64,000 nt of DNA from Octopus vulgaris (taxonomy: Eukaryota): NCBI GenBank assembly GCA_951406725.2, contig OX597815.1, positions 150,784,001 through 150,848,000 of the forward strand, in the 5' to 3' direction. A model generated the notes under the pieces. That model did not search any database and was not told the DNA's origin. It saw nothing but the letters and a program-made list of their open reading frames with translations. Below, piece after piece: positions 27,041 to 42,015 of the stretch. A program made the translations under genes and the position numbers. Within the stretch, counting starts at the first letter, position 1. The number at the start of each line of letters is the position of its first letter.

Positions 27041-28671
27041 TAATAGTAGTTTCTACTATAGGCGCGAGGTCTGAAATTTAGGTAAAGTGGATAGTCAATT
27101 ACATTCACTGGAAATTAATTTTTCTGCACCTATAAGGATCAAAATCAAAGTGAACTTGTGCTGGAGTTGAACTCAGGATGTATATTGTAAAGTATTCTGT
27201 TTGGTGCAGCATTGCGTTTTTACTTCTGAATAACTGCAAATAAATTTGGCGGGAATTATGTTAACTTTCTACACAAACTTGGTAACTGGCTGAAGTTATT
27301 CAAATTTTATCTGAATAAACTTTATCTTGTCTAACTATTTTCAGCAAAATTTCGAAATGGTTAATAAAAATGATATACATAATATATCTTTTTTTTTTGC
27401 TTTCCAACATAAAAACAATAGAAATAGGCGTAATAATGTATCAACTGACCCATAATGGGGCCAGACCCAAACATAACTAACAGTATAACATCAAAATTGC
27501 TGTGCTTTCGACTTAAAGATTGGAATAACTTACAAGTTAAAGTAGACAAAAATCTAAGAATTGTACGCTAATCCAATTGTTAGAAATCTTCCAATACAAT
27601 GGAAGCCAAGGTTTAGTCTGTAAAATTTGTAGTGACGTAGAAGCTTTTTGCTTACTAATAAATGGTAAGGTGTGGAATTAGATTATTTCAAAAGGCATTT
27701 AACATAGAAGTAGCATATTTCTGCTGGAGAAATTGTTAGAAGCAGAATTATTCAACCATTAAAAGTACTTTTTCAGGAAATTTTATATTAAGAGAGAACA
27801 TAAGTGAAGCCATTTAAAAGGCTTCAAAGAGAAATGAAGTAAAAACTCTTACAGACAATATGTTACTTGTAATACAAGAAAACGCTTCAATGAACTCTGA
27901 GAAATATAGCCATGACAATATGGCTGAATATCTACCTTTGCCAGCGGATTGATGTAGTAAATAGTATGCATTTAAGCTTTTAGAATCAATAAATACACCA
28001 AATAGCAGCATTCACTCATTCAGAAATTATGCCGGAAATTCAGAAATCAAGATATTATACATTTTGGTAATGAAAGCACTGGTGGTTTTGTTAGTAAAAT
28101 GCCTTCCTTGTATTTTAAATGCATGAAAACAACCGTCGAAAACTAGTCGACACATTTTAGAGGAATTTTAAAATTTGAGTGTTTCAAGGCAGAATCAATT
28201 AAGAAATGTGACCAAAGATTTCAAGGATTGAAAGTCAGATAAAACAAAATGGTGATGTTTATTTCAGAAGCGCTTCTGTAATTGCTTATATTTTACTTCA
28301 TCCACTCATTGGATCGGGGCGATGCTGGGGCATCGCCTTGAAGAATTTTGGTAAATGAATTGAACACTGTACTTAAATTTTTTTTAAGCCTGATATCTAT
28401 TCTAGCGGTCTCTTTTACCGAAACGCTATGTTACAGGGATGTAAACAGACCAACACCTGTTGTCAAGACGGGCAAATACAGACACAAAGAGGAACACACA
28501 AATATTCGAATAACTTGTATTTGACATGTGATCTTGCAATCTAGATCCATATGTGTATATGTATATATGTGTGTATGTGTATATATGCATATATATGCAC
28601 GTGTATGTGTGTATGTGTATATATCTATATATATATATATGTGCGTGTATGTGTGTGTGCGTATGTGTATA

Positions 28672-28718
<47 letters not shown>

Positions 28719-29004
28719 GTCTACATATTCATGTGTGCATATGCGTTTTTGTAGGTGTATGTATATATTAGTATGAATATGTGTATACGTGTATGCAGGC
28801 GTGTGTCTATGCATACATACATATATGTATGTGTGTGTGTGTATGTATAAGTATATGTATACATATATACGTATATATATTTACTTAAGTGTATACGCGA
28901 GTGTATTAACACGTGTGTGTATCAAGTTTTGCACAGACGTCTGTATCTTGTTTTACGTACGAATCTATGCACATATTTATCTATACTATGTACGCCTATT
29001 TATG

Positions 29005-29067
<63 letters not shown>

Positions 29068-29158
29068 GTGTGTACCTGCGTATATGTGTTCCCATACATA
29101 TATATATATGTATATTCGTCCATACGTGTGCATGTGTGAGGGTGTATGCATATATGCG

Positions 29159-29202
<44 letters not shown>

Positions 29203-29499
29203 TGTTTGTGTATGTATGTGTGTGTATGTTTATATGCGTCTAAGCACGAACACAAAACCAATTTCGTCTAAGTATTATCTTCCTTTCAACTTCTACTTCC
29301 TTTTCTTTCTCTTAACAGTTACAACAGCGAAAACTCATTACGGCATTTTCTCTAAACTAGAATGTATAATTTCCACATTAATATTTGAAGTTTTTGCGTT
29401 TGAATAATTTTTCTCTGATTTTACTCATTCTCGAATTTGATTGGCATATAACGATACGTAAGCCGATTCCAGAAATCAACAGTGAAACTTTTTATTGAT

Positions 29500-29541
29500 G
29501 TACCTGAGGAGACTCAGAACGGTTCGAAACATGTACTGTAC
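29500..29541 (+). ncRNA. Degenerate minimal hammerhead-like motif followed by AATAAA
   Basis: CUGAGGA-GACUC(AGAAC)GGUUC-GAAA-CAUG-UA; stem I imperfect. Confidence 0.5.
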
Positions 29542-29702
29542 CCAATAAAGTCTGTTACATATTCCATTTCCTATTTTATTAAAAATGTTATCCCAACCGC
29601 CACTACGTAGTTCCTGCAATAAATCTACGGATAACAACAGGTAATGGAAACTGTGCCGGTGCTTTACTCATCAACTATTTATATATTTTGTAGAATGTCT
29701 CC

Positions 29703-29753
<51 letters not shown>

Positions 29754-30479
29754 GACGTGCTTCTTTTCAGTTTCTGTCTACGAGATCCAGTTACAAGGCT
29801 TTGGTCGGCCGGATTAGCAAAAGACAGTTTCCCAATATACCACGCAGTGGGAGCGAACCTGGAACCATGTGGTTGATCCAGACATATTGCTCCTCATCTA
29901 ATGCAACACTATGACATATATCTTGAAGATATAGCATAGAATTCAGTTCCAATATTAAAGGAAGTATAAACTTTGCTTAAGGCATACTGCACAGTTTTCT
30001 GATGGCCGCCATTTTGAAAGAAGAAATTCGATGATAAAAGCAAAGTCATGTTATAGAAAACATGATCACTTCACATTTCCAATAAGATGTCATGGTTTTC
30101 AGGGCATTCTCGAAGAACAAAATGCGAAATTATAAATTATGCTTCTGAATTATCTTAAAATAGAAGAAAATTAAAATAATTATGCAACTGCTAAAGTCTA
30201 GCATAGAACATTTTCAAATATTTACTAAACTGTAATTTGAAAATTGACAAATAACGTAAAGTGAATAAGAACCAGTGCATGTGTTTATTATTGGCATAAT
30301 GACCCTCCCGAGACGCAACAGAATTGTAATTTCTAGCATAAATAATATCTATGTTGAATTAGCTGAAATATGTGAATGCTTCAAAATGAAATTTAATCTC
30401 CATTAAGTTTTTCAACAATTCGTGAAAGGGAAAACTTTACTAAGACTAGAAAATAATAGCACATCTTTGAAAAACTGTT

Positions 30480-30720
30480 TTCAGCTGTATCACAGTTCGA
30501 AATATTAAATCCATCTGACAATAACAGACTTTTGCGTTACAGAATCTTTTAATATTTGTTTCCTTGTTACGTGAGCATTTGCAGAAAGGATTTCCTGTAA
30601 ATGAGCTTCATTTTCTTTCTTTTGCATCAGAAGAAATATTCTATGATTGTAGCGTCAACATTGTACATTCATTGAAAAATACAAAAGAGATCATAAATTC
30701 TGATGGGGAAAAAATCTCTT
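30480..30720 (+). pseudogene. Possible hAT transposase dimerization-domain remnant
   Basis: Broken frames RYRIF / FLVT*AFAERISCK resemble YRIxLTxPVTxAxAERSFSKL. Confidence 0.4.
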
Positions 30721-31229
30721 GAGCTTATTGTAAGACAATATAATTACTTCAATGATTTAAAAGACAAAAACAAAAAAAAAACTCATCTAAAAGCCGTGGA
30801 AACAATTCATGACATGGCCTACATTTGTGGGGAAAATGCTGATCGCTTTAATGTCATCACACAGCTTCTCCATATTTATGCAGCATTTCCATGTATTAAA
30901 TGTTCGTTGTGTATGCGGATTCAATACGGTGGATGTTCTTAGATAAAATCGAGAATTATATTGAAAGAAATTCACCTGGATACGCTTTAACCACATCAAA
31001 TCTCGTAGATGGTGCCGAAAAGAAATAAATCTTGGGAAAAATATACACTCATTGGAGAGAACGTTAAGAACAGAAAATAATAACCCTCCTGACAGTCAAA
31101 TACTTCGCATCGGGTATTACAGAAGCGTTGTTTTTGTTTTTTCTTTTGATATTTACAACGCAGCATTTCTCGAACATAGAACAAAGGACATAACTTTTTA
31201 CTAAAAGTGATTCAATCTTATATTTGAAT

Positions 31230-31502
31230 GAAACATTTTGTCAAGAATGGACTAAACAGAACAGTAGGAAATACATGGATGGAAGAGGCCCTGAGGAGGT
31301 CGCCGATTTGTGACGAAAGACTTCCAGACAATGGACATAAGATAAAATAAGAACAATAATAAACGAGTGAAGAACGAATGTAGAGTGCATGTGTTTATTT
31401 GACAAGAAAAAACAATTACTATCCCGAAATATGACATTTTGTCAAATATATTATGCTAAAGTATAGATGAGTTGTTAAGAACTTCGTTTGTAAACCACGG
31501 GG
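31230..31502 (+). mobile_element. Diverged copy of the 57409-57804 PLE-like family with an HHR core at 31291-31324
   Basis: CUGAGGA-G-GUCGC(6)GUGAC-GAAA-GAC-UU; downstream gtgcatgtgtttatt...cccgaaatatgaca matches the 57 kb element. Confidence 0.6.
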
Positions 31503-31574
31503 ATATATATATATGCATCAAGAAATTGTATGATGACAATAAAGCAATCAGAATTTTTTCATTTTTTCCCACAT

Positions 31575-31960
31575 AGGCGTAGGAGTGGCTGCGTGGTAAG
31601 TAGCTTGCTTACTAACCACATGGTTCCGGGTTCAGTCCAACTGCGTGGCACCTTCGGCAAGTGTCTTCTGCTATAATCTTGGGCTGACCAAAGCCTTGTT
31701 AGTGGATTTGGTAGACGGAAACTGAAAGAAGCCTGTCGTATATATATGTGTGTGTGTGAGAGTGTGTGTGTGTGTGTATTTGTGTGTCTGTTCTGTCCCG
31801 CCAACATCGCTTGACAACCGATGCTAGTGTGTTTACATCCCCGTGACTTAGAATAAGTACTAGGCTTACAAAGAATAAGCCCTGGTATCGATTTGCTCGA
31901 TTAAAGGCGGTGTCCAGCATGGCCACAGTCAAATGACCTAAACAAGTAAAAGAGTAAAAG
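31575..31960 (+). mobile_element. SINE family 2, long form
   Basis: Matches 20940-21340. Confidence 0.9.
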
Positions 31961-33332
31961 AGAAAGTAAACCAACTTGTCTTGAATTGTTTTCAAATATT
32001 TTGTTGCAACTATTTTGTACATATGCATACAAGTGGACTAACAAATTCAGAAATATACTGTGTTTACCATGTGCCAGAATGGGAAATAACATTTACCTGG
32101 ACGACTATTTGTGGCCCATGTATATAGGTTTCCGCTCTTCACGCCACTGATGTTTAATCCAAAGGAAATTTCGCTTAATGAGACCTTTGTATCAGTATCG
32201 CCGCAGACGTTGTTGTCAAGCACAAACAGACTGAGCAGATACCAGAAAACATTTTGCCCGTCCCTCTAACTGTTCCGTCAATCTACCGTCCTGGGTTGGT
32301 AACTATTTTATCAACCCGTAAAGGAATGAAGATGAAGTTGATCTCGGCTGTAAGAGTAAGAACAAAGTGTGGTGGATTGGTGAAAAAGGATGTAAGAACG
32401 TCGGAACAGATGCCTGCAGTTATTTGTTCCGAATTCCTTGCGTTTTGTCATAGCTTACTGGCGTGGTAGACTTAATCCTTTATCCAGACTAACTCTTCCG
32501 TCTGGCACCTTTGCTAAAAGGGTGAATGAGAAAGAACAAAGAGTGTAAGGTTTTCTATCCAATACTTCAGTGCCAATTAGCCGTCTTCGCAGTTTTGTAT
32601 TTATCTTGTATCTTTTACTTGTTTCGTTCATCTGATTGCGGCCATGCTTCAGCATCGCCTTGAAGAGTTTTTAGTTGAATAAATCCAATCCAGTACTTAT
32701 TTTAAAATTTGGTACTTATTCTATCGGGCTCTTTTGTCGAACTGTTAAGTCAAGGAGAAATATACACACCAGCACCGGTTGTCAAGCGGTGTAACACAGA
32801 CTCATAGACGCACGCACACACATACACACACACATCCAAACCTGCGCCTATTCTGACGCTTGCTTATTTCATTTTACAGTGAGAAAGGAAGGTCGTGTCC
32901 GTAACATTTTATAATGTCTCCATTACTCAAAGAAAGGAGGATGAAAGAAGGTAACTGCAAACTGACCCGAGTCCTCGCATCAAAGGTGTCAGACAGAGTA
33001 GTTAGACAGGATAAGTCAACCACGCAAATAAGCCATGACAGGACGCAGGGAATTCAGAATAAATACCTCCAGGCATCTGGTCCGACGTTCTTACATACTG
33101 TTACACCAATTCACCACACTGGATATCGATACTTTATTTTATCGATCGCTAAAGGATGAAAGAAAGGCAAGTTGGCCACAGTTGGATTTGAACTTAGTGC
33201 ACAAAAATTCAGAGCAGGCTCAAACATCGCAAGGTTTTCGATCCGATGACCTAACGTTTCTGCCAATTGATCACTTTTGGTCATATGTATGTGTGTTTGT
33301 GTATGTGTGTGTGTACATATGCACGTGTGCAT

Positions 33333-33387
<55 letters not shown>

Positions 33388-33390
<3 letters not shown>

Positions 33391-33835
33391 TGACTTGTTG
33401 CATAACTTTCTGTTGATCTTCACTAACAAAATCTCTCACCCCAGCTTGCAGTCTGAATTACAATTTTCCAGGTGCAGATCACCAACGTCCTTAGACAGAG
33501 GTCAATAGGGCGCAACTTCGCCACATTTGAACCCAATTCAATATAAGATTCCTCAATGACTTCACTTCTCGTCCTTTCAACTCCACCAAGCGTGGCCACG
33601 GATTTACAATGCTAATCTAAAAGCAAAATTTTGAGGCCATATATTTCCAGTCACAGCTTATAGTCAATCACATTACCACCTCCACTACCAGGAGTAGCAT
33701 TGAACCTGAAACCATGTAGCTGTATAGCGAATTCCTTAACCACACAGCTATAACTCCGAGGCAGATTTTTTTCCTTCCTTATACTTAACATGAAGGTTAT
33801 TCTCACAGTGCGTTGTCTCAGATCCAAAAAGTTGT
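33388..33835. repeat. Locally duplicated segment (copy 1), probably a CR1/L2-like 3' remnant with a nested SINE head
   Basis: Homologous to 35451-35851 with one block inverted. Confidence 0.75.
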
Positions 33836-35357
33836 GTAACTGTCTTTTCGACTCTGTTCTCATGATGAAGACACTCGGTCTAGTTCTTCTAGAACGTCCA
33901 AACATTCATAATGTATTTTGAATTTTCTCACTGTTAAAACATTTGGCTTCAAGTCACGTAACCAAACGTCTTTCAACTCAGATTTTCATTTTGTTTTGTG
34001 TGTGTGACCGTATAGTGTGTGTATCCGCGTGTGCGTGTATATGTATGCATGTGTGTCAAATTGATGGAATAGGAGAGTAGTTGTATACGCGTGTGTGTGT
34101 GTGTGTATGTGTGTCAGTGAGAGTGAATGTATATGCATGCGCGTATGTGTGAGCATCTGCGTATATGCGCGCGTGTGTTTCATCTCATATTTTTCATTTT
34201 GATTTAGGAAGCACTTAAGGGTGGCCTCAAGTGTTGTTCTCTTCTTAACAATTGCATTTATACGTTTCCTATATTAAATCAGTTGTGAAAAATATAAAGT
34301 AAAAGACGCGGAAGAACCTGATATGGCTTCAAGCGAGAAAAGGCTTGACTGTGTGAGATTTCGTTTTATCATCGTTCACAGTATTATTTGTGCTTCTTTT
34401 AAGATACTTTAGAAAGTTATTCTTAGGAAAAGAATAGAAATAATCCTTATGTATCTGTTGGCAATGGATGTGATCGGCAATCGTGCGTTTAAACAAATAT
34501 TGTTATAGTTTCACAGTCACATTAGGCAGTTATTAAATACACAATCTTTTCTATATTACTGTTTATATTTAAAGGTATCAGAACATTTCATCGTATACAT
34601 AAGACTTGTTTACGTATACCGCATTCCACTGAATCCAGCCTGTTGAATAACAACAGTGTGTGTGTATTCGTGTGTGTGTGCGTGTGTACGTGTGAGAATG
34701 TATGTGAATATATGTTGGTGTATGTAAATGTGTATGAGGCTGAGCGCGTGTGTGCGTGTGTTTCTAATAATTGGTTACTGTGACTATTAAAAGTCAGCTG
34801 CAAGATTCCTGTTATTCAGAAGGTAAATCTTTACAAGAGGAGGAAGATACCAATATCTCCAGAATGTTATTATTCATTTATAATTAAGACGGCGAGCTGG
34901 CAGAATCGTTAGCGCGCCGAGCGAAATGCTCAACGGCATTTCGTCCAGTCTTTACGCTGAGGTCGACCTTTCATGATATTTATGAACACCAGCCACGAAG
35001 ACATAAAAAGCAACGAACCAACATGTGCGCTACTATGACCGTACAACATGTTAGAAATAACACCAAAAACAGCAATGAAATGTTATTCAGTCATCTTAAA
35101 GAGGAAAACCATATTGGATAATGGATAAATAGGCTACGGCTGACAACAGTAATTAGATGGTTACAACTAGAATGCTTATTGACGAGGCCACGTATATATG
35201 AAAGCAGAACACTTGTTATAAAATGCTGTCTGAGTCGTTTTCCTCGCATGAAACTATTGGTAGCTCATAAAGATATTTACTATGCTCATTGAATAATATT
35301 TATTTCCCACCATATGGAATACGTTTTTGTTTCTTGTTGATTTAACTTCACGGATCA

Positions 35358-35435
<78 letters not shown>

Positions 35436-35450
35436 GTGTGTATATATGTA

Positions 35451-35851
35451 TATATAAGATTCCTCAATGACTTCACTTGTTCTTTCAACTCCACCAAGCG
35501 TGGCCACGGGTTTACAATGCTAATCTAAAAGCTAATTTCCATCACAGCTTATAGTCAATCACATTACCACCTCCACTACCAGGAGTGGCATTGAACCTGA
35601 AACCATGTGGTTGCATAGCGAATTCCTTAACCACACAGCCATAACTCCGAAGCAGATTTTTCCTTCCTTATACTTAACATAAAGGTTATTCTCACAGTGC
35701 GTTGTCTCAGGTCCAATAAATTGCATTCAAATGTGGCGAAGAGCGTCAAAGGACGCTGGTGATCGGCACGTGGAAAATTGTAATTCTGACTGCAAGCTGG
35801 GGTGAGATTTTGTTAGTGAAGACCAACAGAAACTTATGCAACAGGTCACTA
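35451..35851. repeat. Locally duplicated segment (copy 2)
   Basis: 35451-35725 is a direct match to 33541-33835; 35726-35851 is an inverted match to 33390-33531. Confidence 0.8.
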
Positions 35852-35867
35852 CACACACACGCACACA

Positions 35868-35939
<72 letters not shown>

Positions 35940-36131
35940 AGCACACAGACATGCACAAACACACACATACATAATATATTTATTTAATTATTCTTATTTT
36001 ATAATTATTATATGTGAATTTAAATCGAAATATATTAGTTTGGTTACTTTGTGAATTAGATTGTAAAATTTTTTAGCATAGGTAAAGTTTTTTTATTATA
36101 TTTAGTACTATTGAATTTGATAATAATAATG

Positions 36132-36209
<78 letters not shown>

Positions 36210-36826
36210 GTAATAATAATAATAATAAGTACTTTTTTCGCAAATAATTTTATAAACGATAATACGTTTTTAGTTTTGAATTATTTTATTTTTTATTTCA
36301 TAAATATTTTCGGAATGATATGTATAATATTTATTTAAGAAATAATGGAGTAATTTATTTATTTATTTATATGTTTATTGATTGAAAAAATATGGATTTC
36401 TAATTGCTATATTTGTTAATTATAATTTAGATACGTACTTTTATTTAATATATAATTTTATTATTTTATAATTATTATATGAGAACTAAAATCAAAAAGT
36501 ATTAAGTGTGATTGTTTTGTAAAATAGTTTGTAACGTAAAATATTAGGGTAAACTATTAGTGAAAAGATATTCTATAGTTTGTTAATGTTATTCTTAAAG
36601 CTAAATTATATCTTCACAGATAAATACATTTTTCTATCTATTTACTCTATATTTTTACCTTAGGTTTTTAATATGATAAATGTATTAAGGCACCTGGTCC
36701 TACTGATTAAGTTTCAAATTTAGTTAATGGAGTTTTATCTATACGAACAATAATGATTTTATTTCTTTCAGAAATATTGTTTAACTCTATTTGATTATTT
36801 ATTTAACTATTATTGTTATTATTGTT

Positions 36827-36928
36827 GACCTGAGGAGTGACTATACTTTTAAATTGAATTGTTTTTGGATTAAATTCAAATTTAATTGTAATTCGAATTG
36901 AAATTATAGCCATGAAACGTACGTAGTC
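36827..36928 (+). ncRNA. Minimal type I hammerhead ribozyme
   Basis: GAC-CUGAGGA-GUGACUAUA...UAUAGCCAU-GAAA-C(GUAC)G-UA-GUC. Confidence 0.8.
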
Positions 36929-37175
36929 TTTTTACTTGTTATATATTGTTTATTTCTTTTTGTACTTTTGTGATCTAGTTATATGCTTTATAAAATATTT
37001 TATTTTTTCTTTGTGATTTGGTTTATGTCTATCATTGTTTGAATAGCATAATAGTGGTTTTTCTCTGATTTATATATATTATGTATATATATATAAATAC
37101 ACACACACACACACACACACACACGTATATATATAAATGAAAACTTCACTAAGTACAAAACGTGCACGCAGGACA

Positions 37176-37280
37176 GACACAGAAGGACCGTAATTCTTCA
37201 TCAGTTATCGACCGAAAATAGTAAAGCTCAGTTTTGTGCCTTTAACGATAAGACTGAGAACTTCGTATATCGGCGGGACC
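37176..37280 (-). ncRNA. Non-circularly permuted hammerhead-like motif (G12 mutated to A)
   Basis: CUCAG-UC-UUAUCG...GGCAC-aAAA-CUGAG...CGAUAA-CUGAUGA; stem I (6 bp) and stem III (5 bp) are perfect. Confidence 0.65.
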
Positions 37281-37963
37281 TGCAAGATACACATACATAC
37301 ATACATCCATACATACATACAATAACGATGAGTATATAGCGATAAATTATCCAAGCGTGTACCATAGAAACTCCAGGTTACAACTAACTGCATCAAGTGG
37401 TAACAAACATCAATCATCTCTTAGTATGACCAATGCTACTGTAATTCCAATGATGGTAAATCCGGGTTCGCTTTGCTGGGCTTTAAGCATTTTTGGGAGT
37501 GTAAATCCAAAACAATTAAAAAGAATACAGAGACTGGTACATCTAAATTTTTTTCTTATAATTTAACTGTTAATACTTTTAGAGACAGTTGGTAAACTAT
37601 GTGTGCGTGAAGTTAAAATACATAATAATGAAAATGGTAACAGAATAGTGACAAAGGAGTCTACGGGAAAACGGGAAAATATACAATGAACGTCAACACG
37701 CTCAACCTCTCATCAGATGCCGATCAAATACTATAACAATTTCGACGCCTCCTGATAATATTACTCAAATTGGCGAGTCAGCAGCTTTACGCTGCTGACG
37801 GGATAAGCATAGAGATACCACAGACGAACAAGAATTGAGAAAAATGGTGAAACAAGAATCAAGAACAGTAACAGATAATAAGGTCTGTCGAGCAAACAAG
37901 GAGTATAGTGATGGATTGCAGTAAGAACGGGAAAAGTGCAATATATATGTTTGTGCGTGTGTA

Positions 37964-38020
<57 letters not shown>

Positions 38021-38415
38021 CGTTTGTCCCTCCTCTCTCTCTCTCTCTCTCCTCTCTCTTCCTTTGCTTCTCTTTCTTTTCTTTTCCCTCTTCTCTGTCA
38101 CGTGACTGTTGGCCGAAATCTGCCTTTCAGCTCCTGACCTCGTCCTGTTAACATCGCTGTTTTCGTCCGCCGCTATAAAGGCTTTTTCCATTGCGCCAGA
38201 GAAAAATTTGTTTGCTTGTTATCAGTCGTAAGACACTGTTGTTTTCACCGTTAATGCTTCTGTATTTCATGTTTCTGTATTCCATTATTGTTTTTTGTTT
38301 TTTTATATCTGTCCCTTTTGCTGTCCTGGTGTTCGTATGCATTCGATCCTTCTTCCAGGAAATCTACGCTTCCAGCTTAGTTTTTCTAATGCTCGTTGCT
38401 TAGTTTTTCTTGGAG

Positions 38416-38507
38416 GGCTGGCCGTGATCTAGTAATCTCAAGATTAATCAGCCGAAATTACTACGATGATCCGGTTCTTGACTGAGGACTGAGGGTTTCG
38501 AATGTCC
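38416..38507 (+). ncRNA. Non-circularly permuted hammerhead-like motif, intact core
   Basis: GGCUG..UAGUAA-UC-UCAAGA..CAGCC-GAAA-UUACUA..UCUUGA-CUGAGGA; three perfect helices of 5-6 bp; within repeat ~38095-38580 that ends in (TA)n. Confidence 0.75.
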
Positions 38508-38576
38508 TGTCCGTGTTTATTGTATCGTCTTCTAAGAGTTATACGTTCTTGTCCATGTTGTATTTTTCTACATACC

Positions 38577-38621
<45 letters not shown>

Positions 38622-38670
38622 TTTTTATACATATATATATATACATATATATATACATACACATATATAT

Positions 38671-38725
<55 letters not shown>

Positions 38726-39340
38726 GTGTGTGTGTGTGTGTGTGTGTGGTGGGGTGCATGCATACATCTATATTTACACGACATGAGAGTGAATTAACAA
38801 AAATATTCGTGTTCATTTATCTATATTTGGCTGAAAATGGATGATTTCTCTCAGACATACACAGATAAGGATAGATGGCTAGATAGATGGAAGGTTTAGT
38901 AGATAAATGGATTAATAGACAGTGTGGTGGTGGGAGTTACAATGATGAGCAGTACATAGGTAGGCGTAGAGGAATATACAGATACAAAAGTAAATCTGGA
39001 TGTATTTTGTAATTCCTTCATTTTACCATAATGCTTTATTTTAGACATACAAGAAACATACCAGAATATGTATGGGTCTCTATCAGAAGATGTATGTGCA
39101 CATGCATATATGTGTACGTGTACGAGTGTATGTGTGTGTGTATGTATACTTGTATGTATATGTATGTGTATGTGCGTGTGTGTGTGTGTATTTGTGTTTC
39201 TATACGTAAGCACAAATAATATTATGCATCAACGTAGGTATGTATTAGTCAGTACGTGTATTTAGATATGGGTATGTTTGGTTCTTGTTTAGCTTTTTAT
39301 AACCATACATAGATGTATATTTGTGTGTGTGTGTGTGTGT

Positions 39341-39387
<47 letters not shown>

Positions 39388-39448
39388 CAAAGAGAGACTG
39401 ACATATCTTGATAAGATGATAGATACATAGACAGACAGATAGACAGAC

Positions 39449-39567
<119 letters not shown>

Positions 39568-40245
39568 CTGCATACATATGTATATAGTAATAACACTTAA
39601 TTTGTTTTCTGCTGTGAAATTCGTATACCAGAAAATGTCACTTACTAAACTTTCACCAAGAATAAACTATAAATGCCAAAAAAAAAATAATAAAATAAAA
39701 AACCTAACACAAATTTTAAGTGCTGTTATATAGGTATGCAGAAGCATGTAACTGTTTCAGATTTGCAACCAAAATAGATTTATTTCCCGCGTGTCTAAAA
39801 GCTTTTTTCCCGTGACGCAAATCAGATAGTGACGTAGAGAAAAGAAATTGTACAAAGCTAGAATCAATAACGGAAAGTGGGTTATATATGTGTGTGACTG
39901 TATACGTTATATATATATATGTGTGTGTGTGGATGTATGTATGTATATGTGTATATATGTACATATGTATGTATGTATATGTATGTATGTGTATATGTAT
40001 GTATATTTATTTATTCATATCCATGCACATATAGAGACACAGGTAATACATATACGTATGCATATATGTGTGTTTGTAAATATATACAGACAGTTATATA
40101 TATGTATATATGAATATATATAATATATATATACATACGCATATGTATACGCATATATATATATACCTATATGTGTGTATATATATGCATATGTATATGC
40201 ATATGTATATGCATATATATATGCATATACACACACATATATATA

Positions 40246-40281
<36 letters not shown>

Positions 40282-40320
40282 TACATATATACATATATAT
40301 ATGTACATATATATATATAT

Positions 40321-40374
<54 letters not shown>

Positions 40375-40959
40375 TTGTGTGTGTGTGTGTATATACATGT
40401 ATATATATATATATAGATAAATATATATATATATGTATATATATATAAGCATACACATAATTATGCCCACGCACACACCCACACTCACACACTCACAATC
40501 CGCTTATTTCTCATTTTGATTCCTAACAAAACACCCCTGAAGGGTAAATACGTTAAGCGCGCATATATTTCTCTGTGTATTTGTCTTTTGTCCGTGTTTT
40601 ACGACTGGGATTGACAACTCATATTTATTGTATTATACGTCCAGACTGAGACAAATCGTGACCTATGCGGTCGAATCGGTATGAAGCTGTCAGGATATCT
40701 CCGTACAGATATATATATAAATAAACCTTTGTGTGTGTGTGTGTGGTATTAGAAAAATATTGCACTCTCTATACAGACTTTTATCAGAAATGTTTGTCGA
40801 GCACTTTTCTATACTTGGACGAAAATCATAAGGAAAATATAAAATATTTGTTTGAGAGAGAGAGAAATAAAGATGGGGATAAAGAGAAAGGAAAGAGGGG
40901 AGAGAGAGAGAGACAGACAGAAATAAATTGAAAAATGTAAACGGACAGACAAAGCAGGT

Positions 40960-41009
<50 letters not shown>

Positions 41010-41032
41010 ACCTGCTTTGTCTGTCCGTTTAC

Positions 41033-41915
<883 letters not shown>

Positions 41916-41956
41916 GTGTGTTTGTGTATACACATCACATATGTACATATACATAC

Positions 41957-42015
<59 letters not shown>

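Noticed and set aside
27500-28270. Further hAT-like coding remnant
   Set aside because: Too many stops and frameshifts to support by eye
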